From the NCBI GenBank assembly GCA_016302935.1, contig JAEDMO010000002.1:1-50475 (forward strand): a stretch of 50,475 nt of DNA. The letters run 5' to 3'. The stretch's first letter is position 1, and each line of letters begins with the position of its first letter. Both the position numbers and the translations under genes were made by a program. Of this stretch, positions 1-8,819 are shown piece by piece. Under the pieces are notes generated by a model. That model ran no database searches, was not told the DNA's origin, and saw nothing but the letters and a program-made list of their open reading frames with translations. This stretch comes from Bacilli bacterium (GTDB taxonomy: Bacteria > Bacillota_I > Bacilli_A > RF39 > UBA660).

Positions 1-522
1 CCTTCAGTTACAATTTGACCGTGAAAATGAGAACCGATTATTGAATTAGGACTACTTATATCTAACCACATTCTTAAATTATATGTTTTACTTGCACCAG
101 CAGCTAAGGTTTCATCACTAATAATTGTGCCACTTGTAAGATTAGATAATAATACCGGTTCAGAATCATCTAGTTTTACTTTAATGTATTGGGCTGGGGT
201 TTGATTATTAGCACAGCCATGATTAGCTACATAGGTAGAATCGGTTAATATTTTTAAGTCATATTGATAATCTAGTGTACCTGTATTTGTTATTGTGAAT
301 GTATATGGAGTACTACTTGCTCCTTCAGTATCTGTCATAGGAATAGGATTTATTGTTAATGTTGAATCACTACTATATTCTATTTGTAATACACCGGTTT
401 GGTATTCATTTTTATTTAAGGCTGATTGTGTTTTTGAAAATAGTGCATATGAACTGCCAATAAAAATAATTAATACTGTCAAAATACTTATACTTAGTAT
501 TATTATGGTTTTTTTCTTCATA
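1..522 (-). CDS. Secreted protein with a SipW/TasA-class N-terminal signal peptide. The 3' end runs off the window, and the frame is interrupted after codon 14 (possible pseudogene).
   Basis: Not in the ORF track. On the minus strand, SD AGAAAGGA lies 8 nt before ATG 520-522 and gives MKKKTIIILSISIL. The long open frame (488 down to 3) is offset by one base and reads ..TVLIIFIGSSYALFSKTQSALNKNEYQTGVLQIEYSSDS...GSHFHGQIVTEG. The joined N-terminus resembles the SipW-cognate signal motif (G-x-x-Y/F-A-x-F-S). Confidence 0.55.
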
Positions 523-589
523 GTTTGAGTCCTTTCTTGCTACTAGCTATTATATATAATTATTTTAGCATACTTATATAATTATTTCA

Positions 590-618
590 AGAAAAAAAAT
601 CTACAATTTGTAGATTTT
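590..618 (-). terminator. Rho-independent terminator of ftsZ
   Basis: The minus-strand RNA reads UAA-AAUCUACA-AAU-UGUAGAUU followed by a U8 run. The stem ATCTACA/TGTAGAT lies at 599-615, directly after the ftsZ stop codon. Confidence 0.8.
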
Positions 619-1702
619 AAAAATCTTGTCTATTTCTTAAGAATGGTGGGATATCAAATTCTGAATCTCCATCTTCATCATTTTCTTCTCTTAGTGATTC
701 ATTAGCTAATTCATTTTTTTTAGTAGTATTAAAACTATGATATAATGGTTCTGTTTTATTTTCAAAACCAGTTGCAATTACGGTTACAATTACTTCATCG
801 TTTAAATTTTCATTAATAACTGCACCAAATATTGTGTTAATATCTGTATTGGCCGCACTTCTAATTACTTCTGCAGCTTCTTCTACTTCAAATAATGTTA
901 AATTAGCACCTCCGGTTACATTAATAATAGCATCTGTTGCTCCGTTAATTGATGTTTCTAGAAGTGGTGATGATACTGCTTGTTTAGCTGCTTCTACCGC
1001 TCTATTTTCACCAGCTCCAACACCAATACCGATTAGAGCGTTACCTCTATCTTTCATAACGGCTTTGACATCGGCAAAATCTAGATTGACAAGACCGGCT
1101 ACAGCAATTAAGTCAGATATTGATTGAACCCCTCTATGTAGAACATTATCTACTTCTCTAAACGCTTCTAGCATAGGTGTTGTTTTATCAATCAATTCTC
1201 TTAATCTATCGTTTGGAATAACTATTAGAGTATCAACGTGTTTTTTTAGTTCGTCTAAGCCCATCACGGCTTGTTCCATTCTCTTCTTTCCTTCAAAACT
1301 AAATGGTTTGGTAACAATACCAACGGTTAAAGCTCCCAAATCTTGTGATATTTCTGCTACTATTGGAGCTGCCCCAGTACCTGTTCCGCCACCCATTCCA
1401 CAGGTAACGAAAACCATATCAGCACCTTTTAGAGCTTCTTCTATTTCTTTTTTGCTTTCTAAAGCTGCTTCTCTACCTATTTCTGGATTGGCACCAGCTC
1501 CTAAGCCATCGGTCAATTCTTGTCCAATTTGTAATTTTACTGGCGCTAGTGAATTATTTAGTACTTGTAAGTCAGTATTGGCAACTATAAATTCAACACC
1601 TTTAAGACCTGATTCTATCATTCTGTTGACAGCGTTACATCCGCCACCACCAATTCCTATTACTTTGATTTTAGCTAATTGATCCATTTCAAGTCCAAAC
1701 AT
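617..1702 (-). CDS. ftsZ: Cell division protein FtsZ
   Basis: 361 aa. Contains [14 protein letters not shown] and the tubulin signature [20 protein letters not shown] lies upstream of the ATG, and the gene sits 3 nt downstream of ftsA. Confidence 0.98.
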   Translation of the reverse strand: MFGLEMDQLAKIKVIGIGGGGCNAVNRMIESGLKGVEFIVANTDLQVLNNSLAPVKLQIGQELTDGLGAGANPEIGREAALESKKEIEEALKGADMVFVTCGMGGGTGTGAAPIVAEISQDLGALTVGIVTKPFSFEGKKRMEQAVMGLDELKKHVDTLIVIPNDRLRELIDKTTPMLEAFREVDNVLHRGVQSISDLIAVAGLVNLDFADVKAVMKDRGNALIGIGVGAGENRAVEAAKQAVSSPLLETSINGATDAIINVTGGANLTLFEVEEAAEVIRSAANTDINTIFGAVINENLNDEVIVTVIATGFENKTEPLYHSFNTTKKNELANESLREENDEDGDSEFDIPPFLRNRQDF

Positions 1703-1705
1703 ATA

Positions 1706-2959
1706 TTAATCCTCCTTACTATTACTTAAAAAACTGCCAAATATTTTAGTAATAATTTTATCATTTTTTTTGTTGTTATTTTTTGGTGTAATAAGTAGGC
1801 TTTCATCAACACTATCAATCATAGTATAGTTTTTGCCTCTTACTAGCATTTTATCGTTAAAGTATTTTACCATACCTAAAGCGGTAGTATATTTATTATC
1901 ACGAACACCTAAGGTATCTACAGAATATATTATAACATCTTTTCCAAAAATTTCAAAGCATAAATTCTTAAAATGTTTAATTTCTGTAAGTCCACCGGTT
2001 AGAATAACATAATTAATTTTTTGTTTTGTTAAAAGTAGAATTTGTTTTTTGGCTAATTCTAATATTTCTGATAGTCTAGCCATTACTACTTCCGATACTT
2101 CTAGTTGACTTAATTTCATTACTTCACCAACGGTATTTTTTATTTCAAATACTTCGGTTAGGCTTAGGAAACGTTTGTGGGCTGAAGCAAATTTTTCTTT
2201 TAACACTCTTGTTTCAAAGATGTCTATATTGAATACTCTAGCTAAATCTCTTTCAATATTTCTGCCCCCTATTTGTATTGTTTCGGTATTCATTATTTTT
2301 CCACGATTGAAAATTGATACTGTGGTAGTTTCGTGTCCTAAATTAATTATAGCCCCTACTTTTTTATCAGTAGAATCATTTCTCACTTCATAGTAATCAG
2401 CAAGTCCACTGATAGTTATATCGGTAAGTTCAATAGATGAGGCTTCCATAACACTAACTACTGAATATATATTTTTCTTTGGAGTAGCAATAATAATTGC
2501 CTTTAAGGTTATATTTTTACCGGTTTTACCTACTGGATATGGATTTTTATTTTCAGAATCAATAATGAAATCTAAGGGTTGAACAGTTAGTAATTCATAA
2601 TCATTTGGTATTTTACTATAGACAGATTTTTTTATTAATTCATTTATATCCTCTTTAGTTATTTTAGAATCTTCACTTGTTATTTCCTTGGAGGTTTCTG
2701 TATATATAAACTTAGAGTTATACGAAGGTACATTCACAATTGCTTTCTTTATTTCAATACCAAGGTTATTATTTATTTCTTTAACACCATCTTTTATGGT
2801 GTTGATAACCAAATTGGCATCGACAATTAGGCCTTTTCTAATTCCTTTAGTTTTGATGGTGTGACTGGCTAGGATATTAAATTTGTCATTATATAATTCG
2901 CTAACTATAAATTTTACTGTATCGCTACCGATATCGATACTTGTATATATTGTCTTCAT
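1706..2959 (-). CDS. ftsA: Cell division protein FtsA (actin-like ATPase)
   Basis: 417 aa. N-terminal IYTSIDIGSDTVKFIV phosphate-1 motif, later INLGHETTTVSIF and ILTGGLTE. Classic position immediately upstream of ftsZ. Confidence 0.95.
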   Translation of the reverse strand: MKTIYTSIDIGSDTVKFIVSELYNDKFNILASHTIKTKGIRKGLIVDANLVINTIKDGVKEINNNLGIEIKKAIVNVPSYNSKFIYTETSKEITSEDSKITKEDINELIKKSVYSKIPNDYELLTVQPLDFIIDSENKNPYPVGKTGKNITLKAIIIATPKKNIYSVVSVMEASSIELTDITISGLADYYEVRNDSTDKKVGAIINLGHETTTVSIFNRGKIMNTETIQIGGRNIERDLARVFNIDIFETRVLKEKFASAHKRFLSLTEVFEIKNTVGEVMKLSQLEVSEVVMARLSEILELAKKQILLLTKQKINYVILTGGLTEIKHFKNLCFEIFGKDVIIYSVDTLGVRDNKYTTALGMVKYFNDKMLVRGKNYTMIDSVDESLLITPKNNNKKNDKIITKIFGSFLSNSKED

Positions 2960-3050
2960 ATAACCTCCACTATATTTAAGTTAATTATACAATAAATAAT
3001 TAAAAAAATCTATATAAATTAATATATATGTAAAAAAGACGTTAATTTTT

Positions 3051-4154
3051 TTAGTTTTTTAAAATATAATCTACGATATTAGAAGTAGCAAAGGCATTAA
3101 TGTTTTCCCTTTGATTTTCTTTAATGCTTTTTATTTTTTCTTTAGAATTTAGTAATTTTATTGTTTGACTAGCCAAGGTATCTATGTCACTCACTTTGAT
3201 AGACATATTTTGATTACTAAAGAATAAAGCGTTTTCAGTTTCACAACCTGGGATTGGAAGCGTATGAATTAAGGCTACATTTTTGACTGCTGCTTCAGTT
3301 GATGATAAACCACCTGGTTTGGATAATAAAACATCACAAGCATCCATGTAAAGGGATACTTCTTTGGTAAATGGTATTGGTATTATCTTTTTTTTGTCAA
3401 AATAATTACTAATGTCATTTTTTAATTTTTTATTTTTACCTACTAGTACTAATATGATAGTATTATTATCTATTTTTAAGAGTAATTCATTTAACATTAA
3501 GATAATATTACCACAGCCTATTCCCCCAGTCATTATTAGAATAATTTTTTTATCAAGGGGTAGATTTAGTTGAGTACGACTTTCATCTTTAGATTTTTTT
3601 ATATTAAATTTGCTATTTACTGGTATTCCTAATGGAATTAATTTGGTAATAGGTATTTTTTTGTTAGCAAATTCTTTTATTAATTTTTCACTTGGAATAA
3701 AATAATAATCTAATTCGGTTTCTTCTATGAAGGGAATTGCTGTATAGTCTGTCAAAACAGCATAGGTTTTAGCTTGCAATTTATTTTTTCTTTTTAGGTA
3801 CGTTAAGGCTTCCATTGGAAATAGATGGGTACAGATAATGCAATCTATTTTATTATTTTTAATATATTTAAGCATATTTTGGGCATATGTTAGATTTGCT
3901 AAATATACTGGGGATTTAATAATTGGATTACTAATTATTTTACCCGCTTTATACATTACGCCAAAAATGGATGGTGTTTTAATAGCTACATTATTAAAGA
4001 AAGTTTTTACAATGTGGGAACTTTTTTGGTTACCAAACGATAAGGCATCTTTCATAACAACATTTATTTTTCTTTTTTGAAATTCTTCTTTTAAGGCTAG
4101 GGCGGCACTATTGTGGCCTTCACCAGTTGAGCAAGACAATATTAAAACCTTCAT
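3051..4154 (-). CDS. ugtP: UgtP/MGDG-synthase-family (GT28) diacylglycerol glycosyltransferase, i.e. glycolipid / LTA-anchor synthase
   Basis: 367 aa. N-terminus MKVLILSCSTGEGHNSAALALKEEF matches the UgtP/MGDG-synthase G-x-G-H pattern, not the MurG GGTGGH pattern. C-terminal KPGGLSSTEA is GT-B-like. SD AGGTGA. Confidence 0.75.
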   Translation of the reverse strand: MKVLILSCSTGEGHNSAALALKEEFQKRKINVVMKDALSFGNQKSSHIVKTFFNNVAIKTPSIFGVMYKAGKIISNPIIKSPVYLANLTYAQNMLKYIKNNKIDCIICTHLFPMEALTYLKRKNKLQAKTYAVLTDYTAIPFIEETELDYYFIPSEKLIKEFANKKIPITKLIPLGIPVNSKFNIKKSKDESRTQLNLPLDKKIILIMTGGIGCGNIILMLNELLLKIDNNTIILVLVGKNKKLKNDISNYFDKKKIIPIPFTKEVSLYMDACDVLLSKPGGLSSTEAAVKNVALIHTLPIPGCETENALFFSNQNMSIKVSDIDTLASQTIKLLNSKEKIKSIKENQRENINAFATSNIVDYILKN

Positions 4155-4186
4155 ATAATCACCTGGTTATATTATAACTAAATAAG

Positions 4187-4210
4187 AAAAAAAAGGTCAA
4201 TACCTTTTTT
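4187..4210 (-). terminator. Short A/U-flanked hairpin, possible terminator after the 4209 gene
   Basis: AAAAAAAAGGT-CAAT-ACCTTTTTT. On the minus strand the stem is followed by a U run. The G+C core is only 5 bp. Confidence 0.45.
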
Positions 4211-4964
4211 ATAAATATGGTAGTGTGAATACAGTTACATACCACCTATTATCTTTTTTTTCTATTGTAAATTTATTTTCTTTGATAGTTGTGGCACAGT
4301 TTTCTTGGCAAGATACATTTTCATCATCGGCTAAGTATTTTTCTTTTGCAGTATACTCTATTTTTTCGGTGGTAATACTATCGATTATCATCTCTTCAAG
4401 GCCTTGATATTTGGCATTTTTTCCTCTTGTTTCACTTACACAATATAAAATGCCATTATAGTTTTTAAATCTATTATTTGTGATAATACTACTTATAATG
4501 TCACCATAGAAAATACTATGTATGTAATTATTTAAATCTTTATATGTTTGAAATTTGGTACTTTGTGATTTCATATAATAGTTATCTACTAAGGTATCTT
4601 TACTCATGTTGCCACATATTAATTTGGTATCTAAGATAATATCACCATAGATATTTATTGCTTGATAATATTTTTCTTTTCCTAGTGTTTTAATTATTTC
4701 TTCATAATCAGATACGGTTTTATTTAATTCTTCTTCTTTAGTAGTAGATACTACTGGCCTTTTTTTTATAATTAATATTACTATTACTACTACTAAGATA
4801 AAAATAATTAAATATAGTATTCTTCTTAGCATTATTTGGGACATATTATTTTCATTTTTGTACATAATTGGTTTGATATTTGCATCGTTAGGATAGTTAT
4901 TTTGTTCTACGTTAGTATTTTCTTTAGTATTATTATCGAATTGATTATTCATATTATTAAACAT
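4209..4964 (-). CDS. Hypothetical bitopic membrane protein (N/Q-rich cytoplasmic tail, one TM, ~170-aa external domain)
   Basis: The ORF track gives 4209-5012. SD AAAGGTGAG precedes the internal ATG at 4964 (MFNNMNNQ..). TM segment ILYLIIFILVVVIVILII. No recognisable domain. Confidence 0.6.
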   Translation of the reverse strand: MFNNMNNQFDNNTKENTNVEQNNYPNDANIKPIMYKNENNMSQIMLRRILYLIIFILVVVIVILIIKKRPVVSTTKEEELNKTVSDYEEIIKTLGKEKYYQAINIYGDIILDTKLICGNMSKDTLVDNYYMKSQSTKFQTYKDLNNYIHSIFYGDIISSIITNNRFKNYNGILYCVSETRGKNAKYQGLEEMIIDSITTEKIEYTAKEKYLADDENVSCQENCATTIKENKFTIEKKDNRWYVTVFTLPYL

Positions 4965-5032
4965 ACACTCACCTTTCTTCTTAAATTTAACATAAAATTT
5001 TATTTTAAGCAACTATTATGTTGTATTTTTTA

Positions 5033-5800
5033 TTAATTTATATTTATACTATTTATTTCGTCAATAGTATAACCTTTTGCTAATAGTTTTTCTTTAATTA
5101 TATATGGTAATTTATCTACAGGATATTTCTTTTGATATTTGTTTGTTAGTTTTTGATAGACGTTTTTAATATTATCTGTGTTGGTAAAGTTATATTCATC
5201 TATTAATCTACTAATCATACTTTGGTCATAGCCTAAGTTAATTAGATAATAATATATTTTTCTCCTTAGAAGGTTACCACTATATTTTTTATTGTTTTTA
5301 ATGCTTTTGTTTATTATTTTTTTTATTTTTTCTTCAAAAAGAATATTGTTTTCTTCATTATATAGGTATTTATTTATTAATTCATCTTCTATTTTTTGTT
5401 TTTTTAGTTCGCTAATTATTTTGTATGGTCCATTATTTGTTAGGTTTATTTTGTCTGCAATATAGCATTTTGTGTATATTTCATCATTTAGATAACCTTT
5501 TTTTAGTAAGTTATTTATTACTTGTTCTTGGGTAGATGAATCTATTTCTTTTTTATTTAGATACTCTTTTATTTCATTTGTACTTCTTATGCGAGTAGAT
5601 ATTAAATTTAGACAACTATTATATATAGTAGCAGTTAGATTATCTTTAATTATTTTGTTATATAGCTTTATATCTATTTCTTTTTTTAAGAGTAATTCAT
5701 TTTTAATGATTACATCTTGTAAGATAATCAGTTCTTCTTTATTATCAAATAATATTTTATATTTATCTTTGCCAACTTTATGATATTTTATTATTTTCAT
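5033..5800 (-). CDS. recX: RecX-family regulatory protein
   Basis: Repeated three-helix modules typical of RecX (..LISTRIRSTNEIKEYLNKKEID.., ..LLKKGYLNDEIYTKCYI..). SD GGTGAT lies before the ATG at 5800 (MKIIKYHK); the track start at 5827 lacks an SD. Confidence 0.7.
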   Translation of the reverse strand: MKIIKYHKVGKDKYKILFDNKEELIILQDVIIKNELLLKKEIDIKLYNKIIKDNLTATIYNSCLNLISTRIRSTNEIKEYLNKKEIDSSTQEQVINNLLKKGYLNDEIYTKCYIADKINLTNNGPYKIISELKKQKIEDELINKYLYNEENNILFEEKIKKIINKSIKNNKKYSGNLLRRKIYYYLINLGYDQSMISRLIDEYNFTNTDNIKNVYQKLTNKYQKKYPVDKLPYIIKEKLLAKGYTIDEINSININ

Positions 5801-5845
5801 ATAATCACCATATATATAGTAACACAAACTAAAAAAAAATTATAG

Positions 5846-6043
5846 TTATTTTTTAACTATAATCAAGTTTTCATATACTTCTTCTAAGGCCCTACCTATA
5901 TTCTTTTTTGATTTGTAATCTTTTTCCTTCATTTGATAATGCCCTGTTGTTTCCATTTCTCTACTGCGTTTTGCCGCGATATGGACAAGCTTGTATTTTG
6001 AATCGACTATTGTGAGCAATTTATCAATAGATGGGTAAATCAT
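5846..6043 (-). CDS. rpoZ: DNA-directed RNA polymerase subunit omega
   Basis: 65 aa. MIYPSIDKLLTIVDSKYKLVHIAAKRSREM matches the conserved RpoZ N-terminus (PSID.LL....S.Y.LV..AAKRAR.). SD GGGAGTG. Confidence 0.85.
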   Translation of the reverse strand: MIYPSIDKLLTIVDSKYKLVHIAAKRSREMETTGHYQMKEKDYKSKKNIGRALEEVYENLIIVKK

Positions 6044-6108
6044 TGTATCACACTCCCTATTTTAATTTTACTATAGGGTATTTGAAAATTCAATGATGTT
6101 GACACAAA

Positions 6109-6651
6109 TTAGACAGACAAATTATTTAGGCCTTCATAATACTTATTTATATTATCGATTATATCTAAATATTTTAAATCATATATGGGCTTTTCTAATT
6201 TTTCTTTTTGATTTTTTATATAACGACTTTCTATAAATGATTTAATAACGTTTAGTAAGGCGGTTGGTTCATTACTGATGATGTAATCTGCTTCTTGAAT
6301 CGCTTTTTTACCAAACTTGGGATCAGTCGATAAAGATATGGTTTCCATTAATCTTAATTCCGTTTCCCCTATACTATGTTTAGCATAATTTTTGCTAAAA
6401 CTTTCTATATTTCTTAAGTTACTTATTCCAAAATTGGCCTGTAGTTTTAGAATATTTATTAATAAAGCTTTTTTGATGTTTAAAGGGCCTATTTTTTTTA
6501 TTATTTCTCTAGATTTATCACTACTGAAGGAACTAGGATTATTTTTTACAATGTATGTTATAATAGCCCCTGCTAATTGTTCTTTGTTATATTTTTGCAA
6601 TGTTTTAATAAAACTTTCATCAATATTTGCAAACAATTCAATATTATTCAT
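6109..6651 (-). CDS. Hypothetical cytoplasmic protein
   Basis: 180-aa ORF with SD AAGGTGG. No TM segment or motif recognised. It sits where gmk usually precedes rpoZ. Confidence 0.6.
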   Translation of the reverse strand: MNNIELFANIDESFIKTLQKYNKEQLAGAIITYIVKNNPSSFSSDKSREIIKKIGPLNIKKALLINILKLQANFGISNLRNIESFSKNYAKHSIGETELRLMETISLSTDPKFGKKAIQEADYIISNEPTALLNVIKSFIESRYIKNQKEKLEKPIYDLKYLDIIDNINKYYEGLNNLSV

Positions 6652-6718
6652 TATTTACCACCTTTTATTCTTTTTATAATTATACACTATTATAGAAAAA
6701 TAAACAAGTTTAGTTTGT

Positions 6719-8719
6719 TTATTTTTTGTTTTGTTCATTTTTTATTCTAATGTTTTTTATTAGGTCATAAGTAGTTATATAGTTTGATATTTCTACTATG
6801 TCAGAAGATTCTTGTCTTCTTTTTTCAATATAGTTTTTATCGATAGGGTCTCCTTTTAGTGAATATGTTAGTTCTTTTTGGCTATCGTAGTAATACTTGC
6901 TGGTTAAATAGTTGCCATCAGGGAATACTACCATATTATCTTCGGTTGAGAAGATATCGTTTCCTAGTTGGTATGGGCTTTTGAAATTAAACATATTACC
7001 TAAAGTTGGAAGAACGTCGATCATTCCCATTGGTTTTTCAATTTCTAGATTGAAATTAGTATCTTTGCTCCAAATAATAAATGGTACTTTTTTATCTAGA
7101 TTATATTTTAAATCGTCTATTTTAACATATCCAGGATCGCCTTCTTTTTTCATTGTATCTTTAATTGGGTCATAGTTATAGAGAATATTATAATATTTTT
7201 TGTCTAGCCTTGCATCGTGATCGCCATAGATGATTACAACAGTATCATCTAGTAGCCCAGCAGCATCCAATCGGTCAAATAATTCTCCGATTGCTTGATC
7301 AGCGTAGTGAACTAAGCGAATGTAATTGCCAAATGTTGTTCCTTCTAAATATGGACGGGTCACAATTTTGCCACCTATTTCTACTTTATAATCGGTTGGA
7401 AATTCATCTGTTAGTTCTAAATCATTCCAAGGGGTATGATTAGATAGCATTATTAATGTTGCGTAGAAAGGTGTTTTCTTTTCTTCTTTGATACTTTTAA
7501 TTATAGGCACAGCTTGACGGAAGAATGATTTATCGGATAGACCAAAGTAAATAGATTCGTCTATTTCAAAATAGTCTTTATGATAAAACATATCGTATCC
7601 CATGTTTTTATGCATATTATTACGATTCCAAAAATCTCCAGTATTACCATGCATACTAAAAGTGTAATAGCCTTTTTCTTTTAAGAGTTTGGGGATAGTA
7701 ATGTATTCTCTATCGTAGTAATTTATAAATACTGTTCCGCTGTTTGAAGGCATAAGACTGGTGTTTAAGGTAAATTCTGAATCACTGCTGTTTCCTACTC
7801 CTACTTGAGCATAGAAATTGCTAAAAAACATTCCACTTTTTGCTATTTTATTTAAATTAGGGGTTACTTCTTCACCATTGAAGTTTAAGTTCATAGTAAG
7901 GGTTTGAATGCTTTCAGCATGAATGGCGATGATATTTTTTCCTTCGAATAAGCCGGTATATTCATTAGTTTTACTTTCGTGATTAGATTCTTTATAGTAT
8001 TCAACGGTTTTTTTATAAGCTTTGTCATAACCAAACAAGGTGTTTAATTTAGGAGTTAGGCTTTGAACAATATCGTTTATTTGGTAGACATATATTCCAA
8101 ACTTATTGACAACATATTCTCTATTCCAAAGTTTGCCAAATCTTCCCCACTCGGTTGGTGTTGTAAAAATTACGCTGATCATAATTAGAATGAGGGCGAT
8201 GATGTTATATTTATGAAAGTATGAACGACATTCCTTTTTGGTTTTGTATACTGGTTCTTTTGATTTTTTTAGATGGATATTATGAATATAATAAACAAAA
8301 ATAGGTTGCCAAAGGAAGGTTAAATCTTTAAATTTTAAAACGTTTTCTAAGATGGCATCTCCAACATCTACTACTTGGGTAGAGGTTGCTAATAAGGAAA
8401 ATGATGCGAATGATTCATAAAAAGTGTAATATATGGAGTTAACAATGCAAATCAAGGTGGTAATAATAGATGCAATCATAAAATATAAAGTTCTGTTTTT
8501 TTCTTTAATCAAAAAAGAAAATGCTCCAATGATAATAAGGGTGGCTAAATCTAGGATAAAGGCTTTTATATTGATAAATGTGCCTATGGTTAGCCATCTT
8601 AAAAGAAGCGCGTTTAAACACGCACTGATAATAAAATACCATAGTAATAAATTATTTTTACTGCTTGTTTTTATTAAATTTATAAATTTATGATAAATTG
8701 ATATTATTTTTTCTTTCAT
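6719..8719 (-). CDS. ltaS: Lipoteichoic acid synthase family protein (LtaS-type, 5 TM plus sulfatase-fold domain)
   Basis: 666 aa. Multi-TM N-terminus, then the metal-site Glu in IIAIHAESIQ, the nucleophile region GVGNSSDSEF and the YGDHD metal-site motif. Confidence 0.85.
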   Translation of the reverse strand: MKEKIISIYHKFINLIKTSSKNNLLLWYFIISACLNALLLRWLTIGTFINIKAFILDLATLIIIGAFSFLIKEKNRTLYFMIASIITTLICIVNSIYYTFYESFASFSLLATSTQVVDVGDAILENVLKFKDLTFLWQPIFVYYIHNIHLKKSKEPVYKTKKECRSYFHKYNIIALILIMISVIFTTPTEWGRFGKLWNREYVVNKFGIYVYQINDIVQSLTPKLNTLFGYDKAYKKTVEYYKESNHESKTNEYTGLFEGKNIIAIHAESIQTLTMNLNFNGEEVTPNLNKIAKSGMFFSNFYAQVGVGNSSDSEFTLNTSLMPSNSGTVFINYYDREYITIPKLLKEKGYYTFSMHGNTGDFWNRNNMHKNMGYDMFYHKDYFEIDESIYFGLSDKSFFRQAVPIIKSIKEEKKTPFYATLIMLSNHTPWNDLELTDEFPTDYKVEIGGKIVTRPYLEGTTFGNYIRLVHYADQAIGELFDRLDAAGLLDDTVVIIYGDHDARLDKKYYNILYNYDPIKDTMKKEGDPGYVKIDDLKYNLDKKVPFIIWSKDTNFNLEIEKPMGMIDVLPTLGNMFNFKSPYQLGNDIFSTEDNMVVFPDGNYLTSKYYYDSQKELTYSLKGDPIDKNYIEKRRQESSDIVEISNYITTYDLIKNIRIKNEQNKK

Positions 8720-8773
8720 ATTGATACCTCTTAAACATTTTAATTATAGCATAATCGAATATTTTAAGCAATA

Positions 8774-8802
8774 TTTACTTTTGGGTATTAATATGTTACA
8801 AT
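8774..8802 (+). promoter_or_regulatory. Candidate sigma-A promoter for the plus-strand ltaS paralog
   Basis: TTTACT, then a 17-nt spacer, then TACAAT preceded by TGT (extended -10). It lies 18 nt upstream of the ATG at 8820. Confidence 0.4.
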
Positions 8803-8819
8803 TATGAGGTGGTGATTTT

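Noticed and set aside
295-528. 77-aa plus-strand ORF from the track
   Set aside because: It is antisense to the secreted-protein gene, which has an SD, a signal peptide and a 160+ codon open frame on the minus strand. The plus ORF has no SD and a low-complexity hydrophobic product typical of shadow ORFs.
834-1682. Plus-strand ORFs 834-1127 and 1308-1682, and the many similar 60-160-aa ORFs antisense to ftsA, ugtP, ltaS, yfhO, recD2, ligA, the ATPase, pheT, dnaJ, dnaK, hrcA and others
   Set aside because: All lie entirely inside well-supported conserved genes on the opposite strand. They lack SD sequences and encode Ser/Leu/Ile-rich nonsense, so they are shadow frames of real genes.
6053-6078. 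Hairpin CCCTAT-N12-ATAGGG whose 3' arm overlaps the rpoZ SD (possible translational control)
   Set aside because: It has only 6 bp with a 12-nt AT loop and no U-tract. Such pairings are expected by chance in AT-rich spacers, and nothing else supports a function.
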